Origin: Takakia lepidozioides
Lineage: Eukaryota > Plantae > Bryophyta
Reading direction: 5' to 3'
NCBI GenBank assembly: GCA_030704615.1
Contig: CM060733.1
Coordinates: 37,510,001-37,574,000, forward strand
DNA length: 64,000 nucleotides
Positions within the stretch are counted from its first letter, which is position 1, and the number at the start of each line of letters is the position of its first letter. Shown piece after piece: positions 1 through 11,974 of the stretch. Both the position numbers and the translations under genes were made by a program. The notes under the pieces are model-generated. The model saw only the letters and a list, made by a program, of their open reading frames with translations. It made no database searches and was not told the origin of the DNA.

Positions 1-187
1 CCCCTGCAGCCGATGGAAGAACTACTGCACACACACCTATACAAAACATACCCATGCATAGCAGGTACCAGAAGCTGTGACATGCACTCACGTTTGCCAC
101 TTACCCCAACATAATGCTCAAACTAGGATGGTTGTGAATGACGTAGTCGTGGACAAGCTGCAACAATTCGAGGGTCAACCTCCGTGG

Positions 188-2649
188 TCAACCAACTCCT
201 TCCAACACCCAGCCCGACACTGATTCCTCGTCTCCTGTATCCCACACTCTCCGCCTAGTAGCATCAACAGAAGACAAGTACTCTGTACAAAATCCCAATG
301 CCTCGTCAAACACGTAGCCCTCCGCCATACTGCCCTCAGGCTTTGCCAAGTTTCGCACATACCCTTTAAATTCCTTCATTGCTCTCTCCACCGGGTACAT
401 CCACCGAGAAGCTACAGGTCCACACAAATCCAGCTCATCCACCAAGTGGATAAGTAAATGTGTCATAACATCAAAAAAGGAGGGTGGGAACTCTTTCTCC
501 AGAAGACAAAGAGTCACTACCACCTCCTTCTTCAATTCCTCATGCTCGGTGGGATCAATGAATTTTGCACAAAGCTTGCAAAAGACATGAGACACTCTTA
601 GTATGGCATTGCGAACCCCAGGCGCCATCAACCCACGTAGAGCAAGTGGGAGGATCTGTTGCATGAGCACATGATAATCATGTGACTTCAATTGGCTCAA
701 CTTTTGTTTGACCACATGCTTTTTGAAAGCAAAGGCATGGCCAGTGGGTACTTTCAGATTCGTGATAATCTCCAGGAACACCCGTTGCTCTGTTTTTGTG
801 AGCACATATGGCGCATCAGGCATTACCAATGTATCCACTCTGGTGGGATGGCGTCGTAACCAAAGAGGCTTTTGAATGCCCTGCAATTCCAGATTGTGGC
901 GAACTTTCATCGTGTCTTTTTCGCCGAAAAGAGTCTTGATTATGTTCTCCGTCACGTTCTTCTTGCAATGCATGGTATCAAAAGTGTGGCGGATGATAAG
1001 ATGCTGCACCATGTGGTCTAACAAATTAGGTACATTGCAATGTAGTCATGAATGATGTTAACAGCACAGGTTCAGTAAACAAACAATCATGCACAATGAA
1101 AACCAATGCACTGTTATGTTCCCAAAACACAGGTGTGGTAATCGCACCTCCCAGTAAGGCAAGTCAAACAGAATGGACAATCGTTTTACGCCATGGAGCC
1201 TGGGGGATCGTTCTGTGCGCCTACAGTCCCACCATCATCAATCCATTGTTTGTAATGTTGTGCACGCTCCTTGATTTCGGTGGCTGTCACTGTATGTGGA
1301 ACAGGTCTCATGTCTCACGCCCCATTAAAAATTCTGGATCTTCTATAGGCATGATTGTGGGGAAGATAGCGTCGATGCCCTTGGAATATCAATTTCTTGC
1401 AAGCTGGGGAATATCTGGAATCGACTTGAGGTCCACATGCTGGACAAGTAGAGTACCCTTGGTGAACCTGACCTGATAACAAGCCATAGGCAGGGAAGTC
1501 ATGTATGGACCACATGAGGACTGCACACATGGTAAAAGCCCGCTCTCCTTCAATGGCTGCCACATCCACGGCTGCAACTCCCACCCACAATGCCGCTAGC
1601 TCCTCCACTAGTGATTGTAGGTAAACATCCACATTTTCACTTGTCACAGATTCCTTTCCAGGAATGAGGAGTGTTAACATGACAAAAAAATTCTTCGTTA
1701 CCAACCATGGAGGTAGATTATAATTGAGCACCATGAAGGGCCAAGTGGACCAAGAAGCGGATTTTGTGCCATAAGGATTGACCCCATCCAGTGCCAATCC
1801 AAGACGCAGATTTCTTGGATCAAAAGCAAAATCCGGCCACGTGTTGTCAATATGGCACCAAGCCTTACTGTCTGCAGCATGCCAGACCATGCCATCTGCA
1901 CTTCTATGATTGTTGTGCCACTTCATGAGCTCTGCGAGCATCTTAGCTCGGAACATCCGTTTCAATCTAGGTATGAGAGGAAAGTATCGCAGCACCTTCT
2001 TGGGCACCTTCCCACGGCCGTCCATGTATCGAGGACTCTGGCACTTGGGGCAATTTGCAGCCTTCTCGAGGTCTCCACGAAACAATACACATCCACGCTC
2101 ACAGGCAAGGATCTGTTTGTATCCTAGACCCATCATGGCGATCATATTTTTGGACTCATACTGCGATTTGGGCAAGGTGTTCTGTTTGGGCAAAATCTCC
2201 AGCCTCAACAATGAAAATAACTCATCCACAAATGCATTGGTACATCTGTGAGTAGCGCAAGAATTGAGCAACATCAATATGGCGGTCAATCGGCTGTGAA
2301 CGCTCCCATTGTATAAGGGGATTTGGGACTCTCGCATGAGTTTTTCATGGTGAAGATCATTTGGCGCGCCTGCTTCTTCTCCGCCCATATTTTCCCCATC
2401 AGGCATTTCAGAGGGATTTGCGCCATTCTCAACAGCCTCATCATTGTCCAAGTGAAGGGCATTTGGGGCAGGTGTGGGATTCTCCCGGAGGGTATCTGAT
2501 ATTTCAAATGCATCTTTCACAGCACGGGCAATCTGGCCCCGTAGCCCATTGCCGTCTTGTCCCTCCAAATTGACGTCGTTTACAACACTCTCTACACTAC
2601 ATGCAGCCTCCACTTCAGAGTCGGATGTAATGTAGCCCTGTGAACGCAA
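188..2649 (-). pseudogene. CACTA (En/Spm) TnpD transposase of CACTA-1: Transposase_21 domain (1315-2649) plus DUF4218 domain (188-1004); continues beyond the window start
   Basis: Motifs VLRYFPLIPRLKRMF, WHAADSKAWCHID, PRNLRLGLALDGVNPY, YNLPPW, HDFPAYG, KSHDYHVLMQ, FPPSFFDVMTHLLIHLV and RWMYPVER. An in-frame stop at 1315 suggests decay. Confidence 0.92.
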
Positions 2650-3049
2650 ATGAAATCAGAAATTGGGATACGTGGAACGGGTTCTTTTCAAAACTCCCAG
2701 ACAGCGAAATTTCATTTAAACATTGTCATGTAAGCAAACACTTTGTAGAATTGCACTAGTTCAATACAGGTGAATGTTGCAAGTCTCCCCCGCACTTGCG
2801 AATCAGGAGACGAAATTGGTCGGCCACAGACTTCATTTCGAAGCAGCTTGTGGAGCTCAGACACAAGACAAATGAAAACTACTCTTATATAATACGGCAA
2901 AGTAGGAACACAGTTTTCATCGAAAAACTGAACAAACATACCCTTTGTGATAGAGGGAGACATCCCCACATACAGACAGCTATCTGCACATACCGACAAA
3001 GTGAAAGCTCTCAACAAATATGCCCAAGTGGGCAGTGCGTTGAAGGCAT

Positions 3050-3335
3050 GACACATGGCAGCAAACTGCCAAAAGCCCAAAATGCGTGGAGCCTTCATAC
3101 ATGGCAGTCAACAGCGACCATGTAGTCATGACCCTGACTACATGACTCCAGTACAACCAATGGAAGAACACCACATAGTTCAAATGTCCATGATCCGCGG
3201 TCATGAAGTCATGGACATGACTACTCTGACGCACTACCAACTACATGACTCCATCACTACGACTCCATGACTCCAATACATCCAACGGAAGAACGACACG
3301 TAGTTCGGACTCCAGTCACTCCCATGACTGTCCAA
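3050..3335. repeat. Cluster of short CATGACT(A/C)C / GTAGTCATG motifs between the divergent CACTA-1 genes
   Basis: More than 10 copies of catgact/agtcatg in about 280 bp; the same motif fills the subterminal regions of the 17032-23656 element. Confidence 0.6.
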
Positions 3336-3689
3336 AATGCGGACATACGCGGGCGTGCTGTGAGCATGTCAGAGTGCATGCAAGGCGTACCGGGATTGTA
3401 CACTGTCGAAGGTTTGGGTCCCTCCCATACTTTGTTAGGTGCTTTTTGGCCATCTGTAGAAACTGCGGGATCCCTCCATGGCATATTCTGCAGTTGCACT
3501 CTTGTGCAATGGCATGCGCCTCCTCTAGTCACCACAGTTTCTCATCTTTCCTGCGCACACGGAGTCATTGAGCTGTCAGCCGAAACCCCGCTCTCGTTAT
3601 ATACATCGTACTTACACAATGGGTGTGCAAGGGTCTTTGTAGCTGATGTCAGACTGCCATGGTCAGGCCCTCCCCGTGCGGTCCCCTGA

Positions 3690-6211
3690 CTGCGTATGAG
3701 AAGCTAAGGGAGACCTGCATTGCTCGCAACAAAGAGGTTGAGGCGGAGTTGTTTGGTTCGCACCCACTGTGAGTATACTGAGAGGCCGCTCACCCTAGTG
3801 TTGTGGCCGCTATCTCGCAGGAGAGCATTCCACCTCAACCGAAGTGCTCAACTGACCGGAATACTTTAGTTTGGGGTTGTCAGACATCGCATTGCAGGGG
3901 TTTCTCATTAGGGTTTTTTTTTTTAAAATGTGAGAGGTTTACGGTTTAGCCTGAAATTGCCCGCATTCTTGTCTTTTGGGTTTACGAGTTTTTCTAGATT
4001 CGCAGTGTTGGGATTGCGTTGCTAAGTACACAGAATGATGGTTGTGAGGCATCGCCTGTCTCCACACTTTCATGGCGCACCATGAAGTTAATTTCTTCAT
4101 GGGGCGGGGCTTGCAGGCTTGTTGCTCCGAAACCAAAGCGTGCTTGCCGTCGACCTCCACTATCCACGGGACCACCCAGACGCAGTGGAAGGCTAGAAAC
4201 AATGGCCGACGAGGCACGGCAGTACGTCGACGAAGACGACAAGGAGGATTTCTTGTGTGTCCCTGCGGGCGAGCACACTGGCGATTCCAGCGAAGATGTC
4301 CTTCGCCACCCAGCTCCTGCACCCTCGCTTCCCCATAAACGCCCGTCGCCGGCAAATCACCATCTGTAAGCACCTGCTCACTATGACGCCACATCTTCAG
4401 CATTTCTATGCATTGACATGATGAGCATACCCATGAAGGAAGCATGCAAATGTACAGAACATGTTTGAGACTTTCTTAGCATTCCAGGATGTAAATGCAC
4501 TTCCCACACAGAAGAGGTTGAAAGGTGGAAGCCACAGAAAATCGGGCAGTGGACATGGCACAACTTTGAATGCAATCACATTTGGAAAGTTCTCTGCAGA
4601 AGACTTTCGGGAATTCTGGGTAATATGTACAATGCAAAGTCCTGTTTTGTGAAGTGGCAGTTCAAAGGCAATAGCTCACTTTGGGAATTTCAAATTGGGG
4701 AGATGGCATTGCTGGAAAAAATTGCATGTAGCAAGGAAGGGATGCCCGAGCATATAAGTAGTGAAACCCCACAAAGGGACAGGAAATCAAGCCCTTTCGC
4801 TATATCTTCATCGTGTACACAGTTTGGGTTAAAGTCAAAGGCTCATACTAAGAGGTTGATACACAGTGATGTTTCTGTTTACAACTAAAATGCAATGTCC
4901 ATTCAAATGATTCCATCTACCCATTGATGCAAGTTCTTCTATGCACGCTTTGATACAAGCATGCCAATGGTTTGTGAGGTCTCCCCATTAGGTAGGCTTT
5001 GGAATTGGCCATGTAGATTTGGCTCAGCCCCCACTTTTCAAGTTGGGTAAACAGAAGTGTGGGGCACCTAATGAGTCTGAGGGGATGAGAACCTGCTCAT
5101 AGTAGGATGACTACAATCAAAGCATTAAAATGGCAGGTGCACGACATTATTATTTTTTAAGTTGCCATGATTTCATTTGAATGCTTTGATTGACTTTAAT
5201 GTTTGAATTGGTTTTTATTCTGTGCAGGCCAGGAAGAGGCGAGCTTCCATCGAAGATGCTGCAGCTATGGTGGGCAGTCCATCGGGGCGGGGGTTGTTGA
5301 AACTAGTCAACCCTGCTACAAACAAGTCCCCAGGCGTAGCACGACCACCTCCACGACCTATTCCACAGTACCCTCCGTACACACATTACCCACATGCCTA
5401 CCCCACCCCCGATCAGTATGGCGCTGCGGACCCTTACAACCCGCACATCCAATACAAGCCCCCTCCAGGTGGTTACCCACAGCAGCCATATGCCCATTCT
5501 CCTCCACCTATTCCCCCTTACCTCCCAGACCCACATGCTTACCTGACATCTACACGTCCACCATACGAACCTTTTGGGCCATACGGTGGGCGATACCGTC
5601 CTGCCCCCCATTCCCCATGGCAACCCCCAGCTGCCCCACCACCTGAGGAGGCAAAGGAACACATCCCTATGACCAAGAAGGAGCGAGCTAATGCTTTGAG
5701 GCGGGCGAACAGGCGAGCCAGGGCAGAGGCAATCCAAAACCATGATGCGCGAGAGGAAGATGGACTCCCCCCTCAAGTGCTTCCGGTTGACAAAGCTGGA
5801 GAGCCCATTGGACCAGCACGCAATACTTGGCATGCAGCCCTCAAAGGCCAGATGTGGCGTTTGTGTGACATGTCAATGCATATTGCAGCGCAGGATGAAT
5901 CTGTCATTGAAGAAATATACATGATTCTACACTCTACATTTGCGTACACGCCACGTGGTCTTGACTATGAGTACATGAGGAAGACACTTGGCATTGTCTT
6001 GAAAACCCAAAGACACGAGATCCATGCAGTGTACAAGGCAGGCGAGGGGAGGCCTGCGCATCTGAAGGAAGCTCATTGGGACAGGCTGGTATCGTATTGG
6101 CAGACAACAGGATTCAGCGCAAAAAGTGCCCTCATGAAGGTTGCAAATTCATCAATCAAGAAGCCTTAAAAAACATGACGTGGTGGGAAGGCATCTGTTG
6201 AGGCTCGGCTT
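3690..6211 (+). pseudogene. TnpA-like (Ptta/En/Spm-type) accessory gene of CACTA-1, multi-exon
   Basis: YEKLRETCIARNKEV motif near 3693; an acidic exon near 4202-4365; after a cag acceptor at 5228, a Pro/Tyr-rich exon ending RPAHLKEAHWDRLVSYWQTTGFSAKSALMKVAN, resembling the Transposase_24 W..LV.YW.....S...K.N signature. Exon joins are inferred. Confidence 0.65.
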
Positions 6212-6255
6212 GTAAGTTCACACACCAGTTTTTTTGCCCTCTTTGCCTTGGCTGA

Positions 6256-6980
6256 TTGTTGTCTTATAATGTCAAACAGGCTAAGTCCTGGCAAAAGAGA
6301 GTAGAAAAGAATCTCAAGGACCTGGACCTGGATCCGCAAGTCTTGACCCTGCTGGATAAATCTGACTTAGAGGCTGTAGTGTCTGAAGCCATGTCTGTTG
6401 CCATGAGATTGTTTGATGAAAATGAAGTTAGGCAGAGAACTTCCCTGAACTTGTTTCCAGTCAGTGACATGGGGGTGGACATCTTGGATGACCTCAAGGG
6501 TCTACCCACTCTCGGCACTAGACTGAAATTTAAACTCAGGGCAGGAAGCCTACCTTTGAACAGCAAATAGAAGCAGAGAGGAAATGGAGAGTGCAATTGT
6601 CCGTTGTGTGGGCAATCTGAAGACAATATTCATTTTCTGATACACTGTCCGGGGTTCTCTCACCAAAGAGACGCTCGCTTCAATTCTATCAAGGGAATTG
6701 TGCATGTACCCCTGTTTACCAACTTTGAAAGTCTCGAGGCTGAGCCAAAAGCCTAGGCCCTCCTAAGGCCTAGTTTTTGGGCAAATCACACACAACAGAT
6801 TGATGCTTGTGTGAAGGGTTTTCTAGAGGATATCTGGAAAACCCGGATTAATTCTTTATATGAAGGTAAGTCTTACTACCAACGTCAGCCCCTGACAGAG
6901 GTAGGTTCTGTTCCTTTTGTTCCCGCTCAAACTGGGCACGGGGTCAATGGCCACAAGGCTACGGCAAACAACGTCTTATG
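6256..6980 (+). mobile_element. Non-LTR retrotransposon (LINE) 3' fragment with C-terminal CCHC zinc finger
   Basis: TRLKFKLRAGSLPLNSK*KQRGNGECNCPLCGQSEDNIHFLIHC is typical of LINE ORF2 C-termini; contains stops. Confidence 0.7.
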
Positions 6981-8980
6981 AGTACAATCTATAATGGGGT
7001 GTCCATTTCCCCCATTTTACACCATGTTAGGAGGGAAGTACGAAGTGCCACCAGGCTTTGTTATTGAATTCTCCAAATTATGTGGAGTGCAATCAAGGTT
7101 TTCTTTGAAGGGGTGCTGCCTGTGGAGTGAACTAAAGTGTTCATTCACCTTGTCGCAAAGTGCTTTTAGGATTTTCTTTAAGGGGGGAGGCAGGTTTCTT
7201 GAATTACGCTTCATTTCCCGAGTGCTACTAACCTTTTCTATTGCAAGGAGACCCTACCCAGCGCATCTTTAAGGGTGGAGGTGTGTCCAAGAGTCACTTC
7301 AATAGCGAATCAAATGGACTGTTTTTTGTGGAAGGAGTTTTTTGTGAGTGCTACGTAGTAGTCATCTGTAAAATTGGGCGAGGTTGCAATCGTCAAGTAC
7401 AATGGTAATGTTTCTTACTTGGTCCTGGCAAGTGGTCAGTAATACAGTTTGCCAGACTTCTGGAAGGAGATAGAGACCCAGTTTTGCAATTTTGTTATGC
7501 CTTGGTTACATTTCTGTATTTCTTCCAATTGGGTCTCGCCATGGTCAGAATAGTGGTGCAACTTCATGTAAGTTGTCCCTGATGTTCATCAAGAAAGGCA
7601 AGTATCGTATGAAAGTTATATTTGGGGAGTGCGAGGTCTATGTGACGACGTGATTTTCACCAGTTGCTGCTTAGACATATTGTGTTGATGTCGTTGCCAG
7701 AGAGCTGCTCTCATTCTCTGATTTCAGATTATGTCTACTGGCAGAGTTGTGAAGCTGCATGAAATTGTTGCTTTCTGAGTTCTGGAGGCGCAATAATTTG
7801 TATTAAGCCATTCCCCAAATGAATGAAACTCATTATTAAGAGCTAATTTGCACTTGATTGTTTCAACCATGACTTGATGGTGAGGAAAGTAGCCTGCACT
7901 CATGCTTGGGGAATTTCCAATCGGGTCTGACATCCAAAGTGGGCTTTAATTTGGACTGTTTGTATGTAATCAGCTAGGTGAGGTTGGGATTTTTGGAATG
8001 ATGGAATTGTGACCTGTTAGTGTGTAGTGGGTGGGGTCCTCATTTTACATACCAATCTGTAAGTGTGGATAGAGAATGGTCTGATCAGAGTTGTCGTGCA
8101 ATGATGATGTTAGGGCAGTATTTGAAACTGCAATAGTGAGTGTGAGTGTGAGTGTTAACATGACTTTTTGTGGTCATTAACATAGGGTAGTGCCGTGCTG
8201 GTGATTACTCTTCTGCATTAGCTGCATTTGTCACTCAGCTCTCTGTATTACTGCAGACATAGTGACTACGTTAGTGGGCGTGGGGATACCAATATTGGTT
8301 GCATCCCAACAATATGTCATTCAACCTTTGTTCAACCACTATTGTCCCAGAATGGTATGTCGTTCGTCATGGCTGACCATGCTAGCATACTGAGCTGGTA
8401 CTTGACTAATGCAGGCACAGGAGCGAGGCCGAAGTCCATCGTTGCATGAAATCCAGGAAGGTTCAGTAAGCAGAACATGAGGTTTACTATTTCATGAGCC
8501 CATGAGCCCATGAGCCTATGAGCCTATGAGCTCATGAGCGGGCATCCGCGGAATTGGAATTTTCGTGCCTTTATTGACGGTGTTATGTCTTCTTACCTCG
8601 ATAATACGGTCTGTTTCTCCTGGTCCAGGATGCGGAATGAGGTATTTCGGCACCGTTATTCCACGTCACTACTGTAATACATTGTGCAGGACAAGAAAGA
8701 GACACAAAATTGTAGCCCTCACAAGCCATTGTGCTGACAAGGTAATATATTTAGGGTCAGACGACAGTTGAACTTGCAAACCCCATTCAACTCAACATCA
8801 AGCCCACATTGACATGACGCTCGAAATAAAAACATCAGGCAACCACAAGTTTTTATTTTGTACAGCGACTACTCCAAGCTTCCATCATCAAAAATACCAC
8901 TGCGGCATAAGAAACCTGTGGAACTACCATATCCCGGAGCCTGTGCCCTCCAATCACCCTCCACAATGATCCTTACCGCG

Positions 8981-9616
8981 CTATGCTGCTGCGTTGACAT
9001 CCACAACACGAACCACTGAGTCGTCGAACCACAGGTTCAGAATTAGGAGTGGTGCGGTAGTCGTCCATTGCGCATTGCCGTTTTCTGGATTAAGATGGCG
9101 AACATAAAGATACAAGATATCTATAGAGATCACGTTCGTGAAAACATGCAGATATTGGAGGCCTCCTATTGGGACCTCCTCCACAGCGTCGTGAAATTCG
9201 CAAACATCTAGGACAAACCTGTTCCGATTCTCCCTTAGTGTCAACAATATATTCCCTGGCCCAGAATAGTGAGTGAGCAACTCAAGAGCCCTATCCGGGA
9301 GCAAATACTGTGGAGGTGCAGTATAGTTATGGTAGTAAGATCTCCAGAACTTGCCGCAGCAACATCTCATGATGAACAGACGAACACTCCGTCTTCCAGG
9401 TCTATCTCACACAAGTATCGCTCCAGCAGGTTCTAATCGTCGTCAAGTCGCCCACGTTGTCGTCCTCTGCTTCTGTCAGCTCAATGGGCCGCCCATCTGC
9501 AGATCCGAGTCCGACATCTCCAGCAGCCTCCACTGCATCCGTGTTTTCTGAAACTGCCTGCAAACCCAATATCTCCGCTTCCAGTCTCCCAAGTGGTTTT
9601 ACTGGCGAAGCCATGG
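8981..9616 (-). pseudogene. Unknown cargo ORF(s) of MULE-1
   Basis: ORFs 8981-9370 and 9402-9616 have protein-like composition and occupy the same position and orientation as the MULE-2 cargo gene; no recognisable motif. Confidence 0.35.
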
Positions 9617-10299
9617 GTTCCTTCTGCTTCCTCGGCTTCCGGACTCTAGGTGGGCTTTTCTGAGGCAATTTTTTGAGGTGTTGAATGAGGAGTCGTCTGC
9701 CTCGATGCACTTCCACCTTGTGAGCGCAGCACCCGGGCAGGAGTATCCAAAGTTGACTGTGTTGGCTCGCCCCCCTACGATCCCTCCCCAGCTCCCATGT
9801 CAAACAAACAGGAAAACATGACACACTGCACGCAAAAAAAAAGGTGTAAAAGGAATAGTGCGTATGGAGTGCTTCACATCCGCAAAGCACGAATCTCTCA
9901 CTGGTGGGCGATCCGAGTCTCCGGATAACGAGGTCTGCATTTCCTGCATGAGACGGAGCTTAAGTCGTGTCGTCGGCGGCTTCCCAAAATCCCGCGTCCT
10001 CCTTCTCTGCGCCGGAGTTGCCTGACCTTCCACAAACTCTATGCTATCACTATGCTGCATAAGGAGAGGAAACGCAGGAGAATGTCACTGCAAAAGAGAA
10101 AGGAGCGAGAGAGCGAAGTGGTGGAACATGCAACCACTGTGCACGAGCAGATGCGTAAGTAGCCACGTCTCCCGAAGCGTTGCCACCGTCCACCACTTTC
10201 TGTCGTATGGGTGATGAAGAGATTGCGACCCCTGACACGTTCGCACGGATGAAGTCGACTGGAACACGACGCGTGCCTGTTCAAGCCACCAGTATAAGA

Positions 10300-11790
10300 C
10301 GCTTTATCCGAATTGCGGCACCAAAATACCGTTCCGTTCACCGGATGTTATTCCCGGAGCAGCCGGCATTGAATGGAATATCTGCACATCATGAAACCCA
10401 ACCGCCATGAAAATCCCCTGCCTATGACATTCAACAGTCAGGTCGGTACGTTTCATCAGCGGACGGATGAATTTCGGCGTCAAAATTCATCTTATGCAAG
10501 TGCTTTCATATACAAACTTATGAATTTCGGCACCGCAATTCATCGCTTCCCTAGTCCTCATCCGTCATGAGCAAACCTGTCAGTCGGATATCGGAGCCGG
10601 AATCAATTCCGGGACAGTGGAGACGGTTGCACTTGGGCACATTTCATCCATATTTCGGCGCCGAAATTCATTAAGAATATCTCCGTCCGCGCGTAGACGA
10701 GGTGAAATCATCCATATTTCGGCGCCGAAATACATCCAGCACGAAGACTAAATCGGCACCATGCTACGTTTTGCCGCCATCATTGCCCATCACGGTTGCT
10801 GTCCATGCCTGTTGGACTTGCCATGTATGGACTGTTTAGTATAATTTCGGCGCCGGAATTATACTTTATGTGCGGCAACGTCCTATGCGAAAAACGACCA
10901 CTTAATGGATACTGTCAGTTTCAAATGAAAAGAACGGCTAAAATGCAATTAATTTTCCCCCAACATGAAAAAATATCTCTTTTCGTCATTGGATAACGGC
11001 CTTTTGTAAGACATAAAGGGTTGAATGTGCCGATTTCTCCATTTAATGCAGACTATTCGTATCTTTGTCTAAATGGGTTATTTCAAACGAATTTCGGAAC
11101 ATTACATCATCCATAAGCAAGAAGTAAGTGTTGGGTTCGGGCGAATTTCGGCGCCGAAATTCATCCGTCGCATAGAAAATGTAATATTAGAGTTACCCAT
11201 TGCGGACAGTAAGGATGAATTTCGGTGCCAAAATTCATCCATTTCAAAGAGAAATAAATATTGGAGGGAGGGCATTGGATGAATTTCGGCGCCGAAATCC
11301 AGTGCTCAAACCCTTAAAAGAAATTGGAGGGATGACTTCGGATGAATTTCGGTGCCGAAATTCATTGCTCGCGAAGAAAAAAGAAAATTAGAAGGGAGGA
11401 CTTGGATGAATTTCAGCGCCGAAATTCATCCCTGCTGTCGATTCAGGATTACTGTCATTCGGATGTCGACACCGAAATCCGGACACGTGGTGAATCATGA
11501 CTGTAATCACGAACACATTCATCCGTATTTTGGCGCCGAAATTCATCCCTTATGTGCATAAACAATTTCATGAAGAACATGTTCATCCGAATTTCGGCAC
11601 CGAAATCCATCCGTCGGGTGCTTGTTCAGTTTCATGAGGTGAACAAAAATAAATTTGGATGAACATCTCTGTCATGTAACAGATTTGGAAGCCAGGGGAT
11701 GAATTCCGGCGACAGACCGAAATTCATGAGAAGGCCTGATTTATTGTAGCCCAACTGGTGGTACATCACAATTCAGGCACCAAATATCCG
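10300..11790. repeat. Array of about 20 palindromic GGATGAATTTCGGCGCCGAAATTCATCC sites in MULE-1
   Basis: Examples at 11143 (gaatttcggcgccgaaattcatcc), 11277 and 11404 (ggatgaatttcagcgccgaaattcatcc); spacing is irregular. Confidence 0.9.
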
Positions 11791-11974
11791 ATGTGAACTT
11801 GCTGTGGTCGTCCGTATTTGTAACGTACGTTACACACCTTCATCCATACGTGCACTGATCACCCATCCTGTTGGATACAGAATCCTCCAGAAAATGATTG
11901 TGGTATTATATAGGACACACTCTTCTCATTGCACGACTTCGCTGCGGAGCGTACCGAGAGTTGTCGTCTTCAAC

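Noticed and set aside
5229-5650. Extensin-like Pro/Tyr-rich cell-wall protein
   Set aside because: No signal peptide or SPPPP motif; it is the low-complexity part of the TnpA-like ORF.
7300-8478. Right terminus of CACTA-1
   Set aside because: Only scattered TAGTG/AGTGGT words; no convincing TIR.
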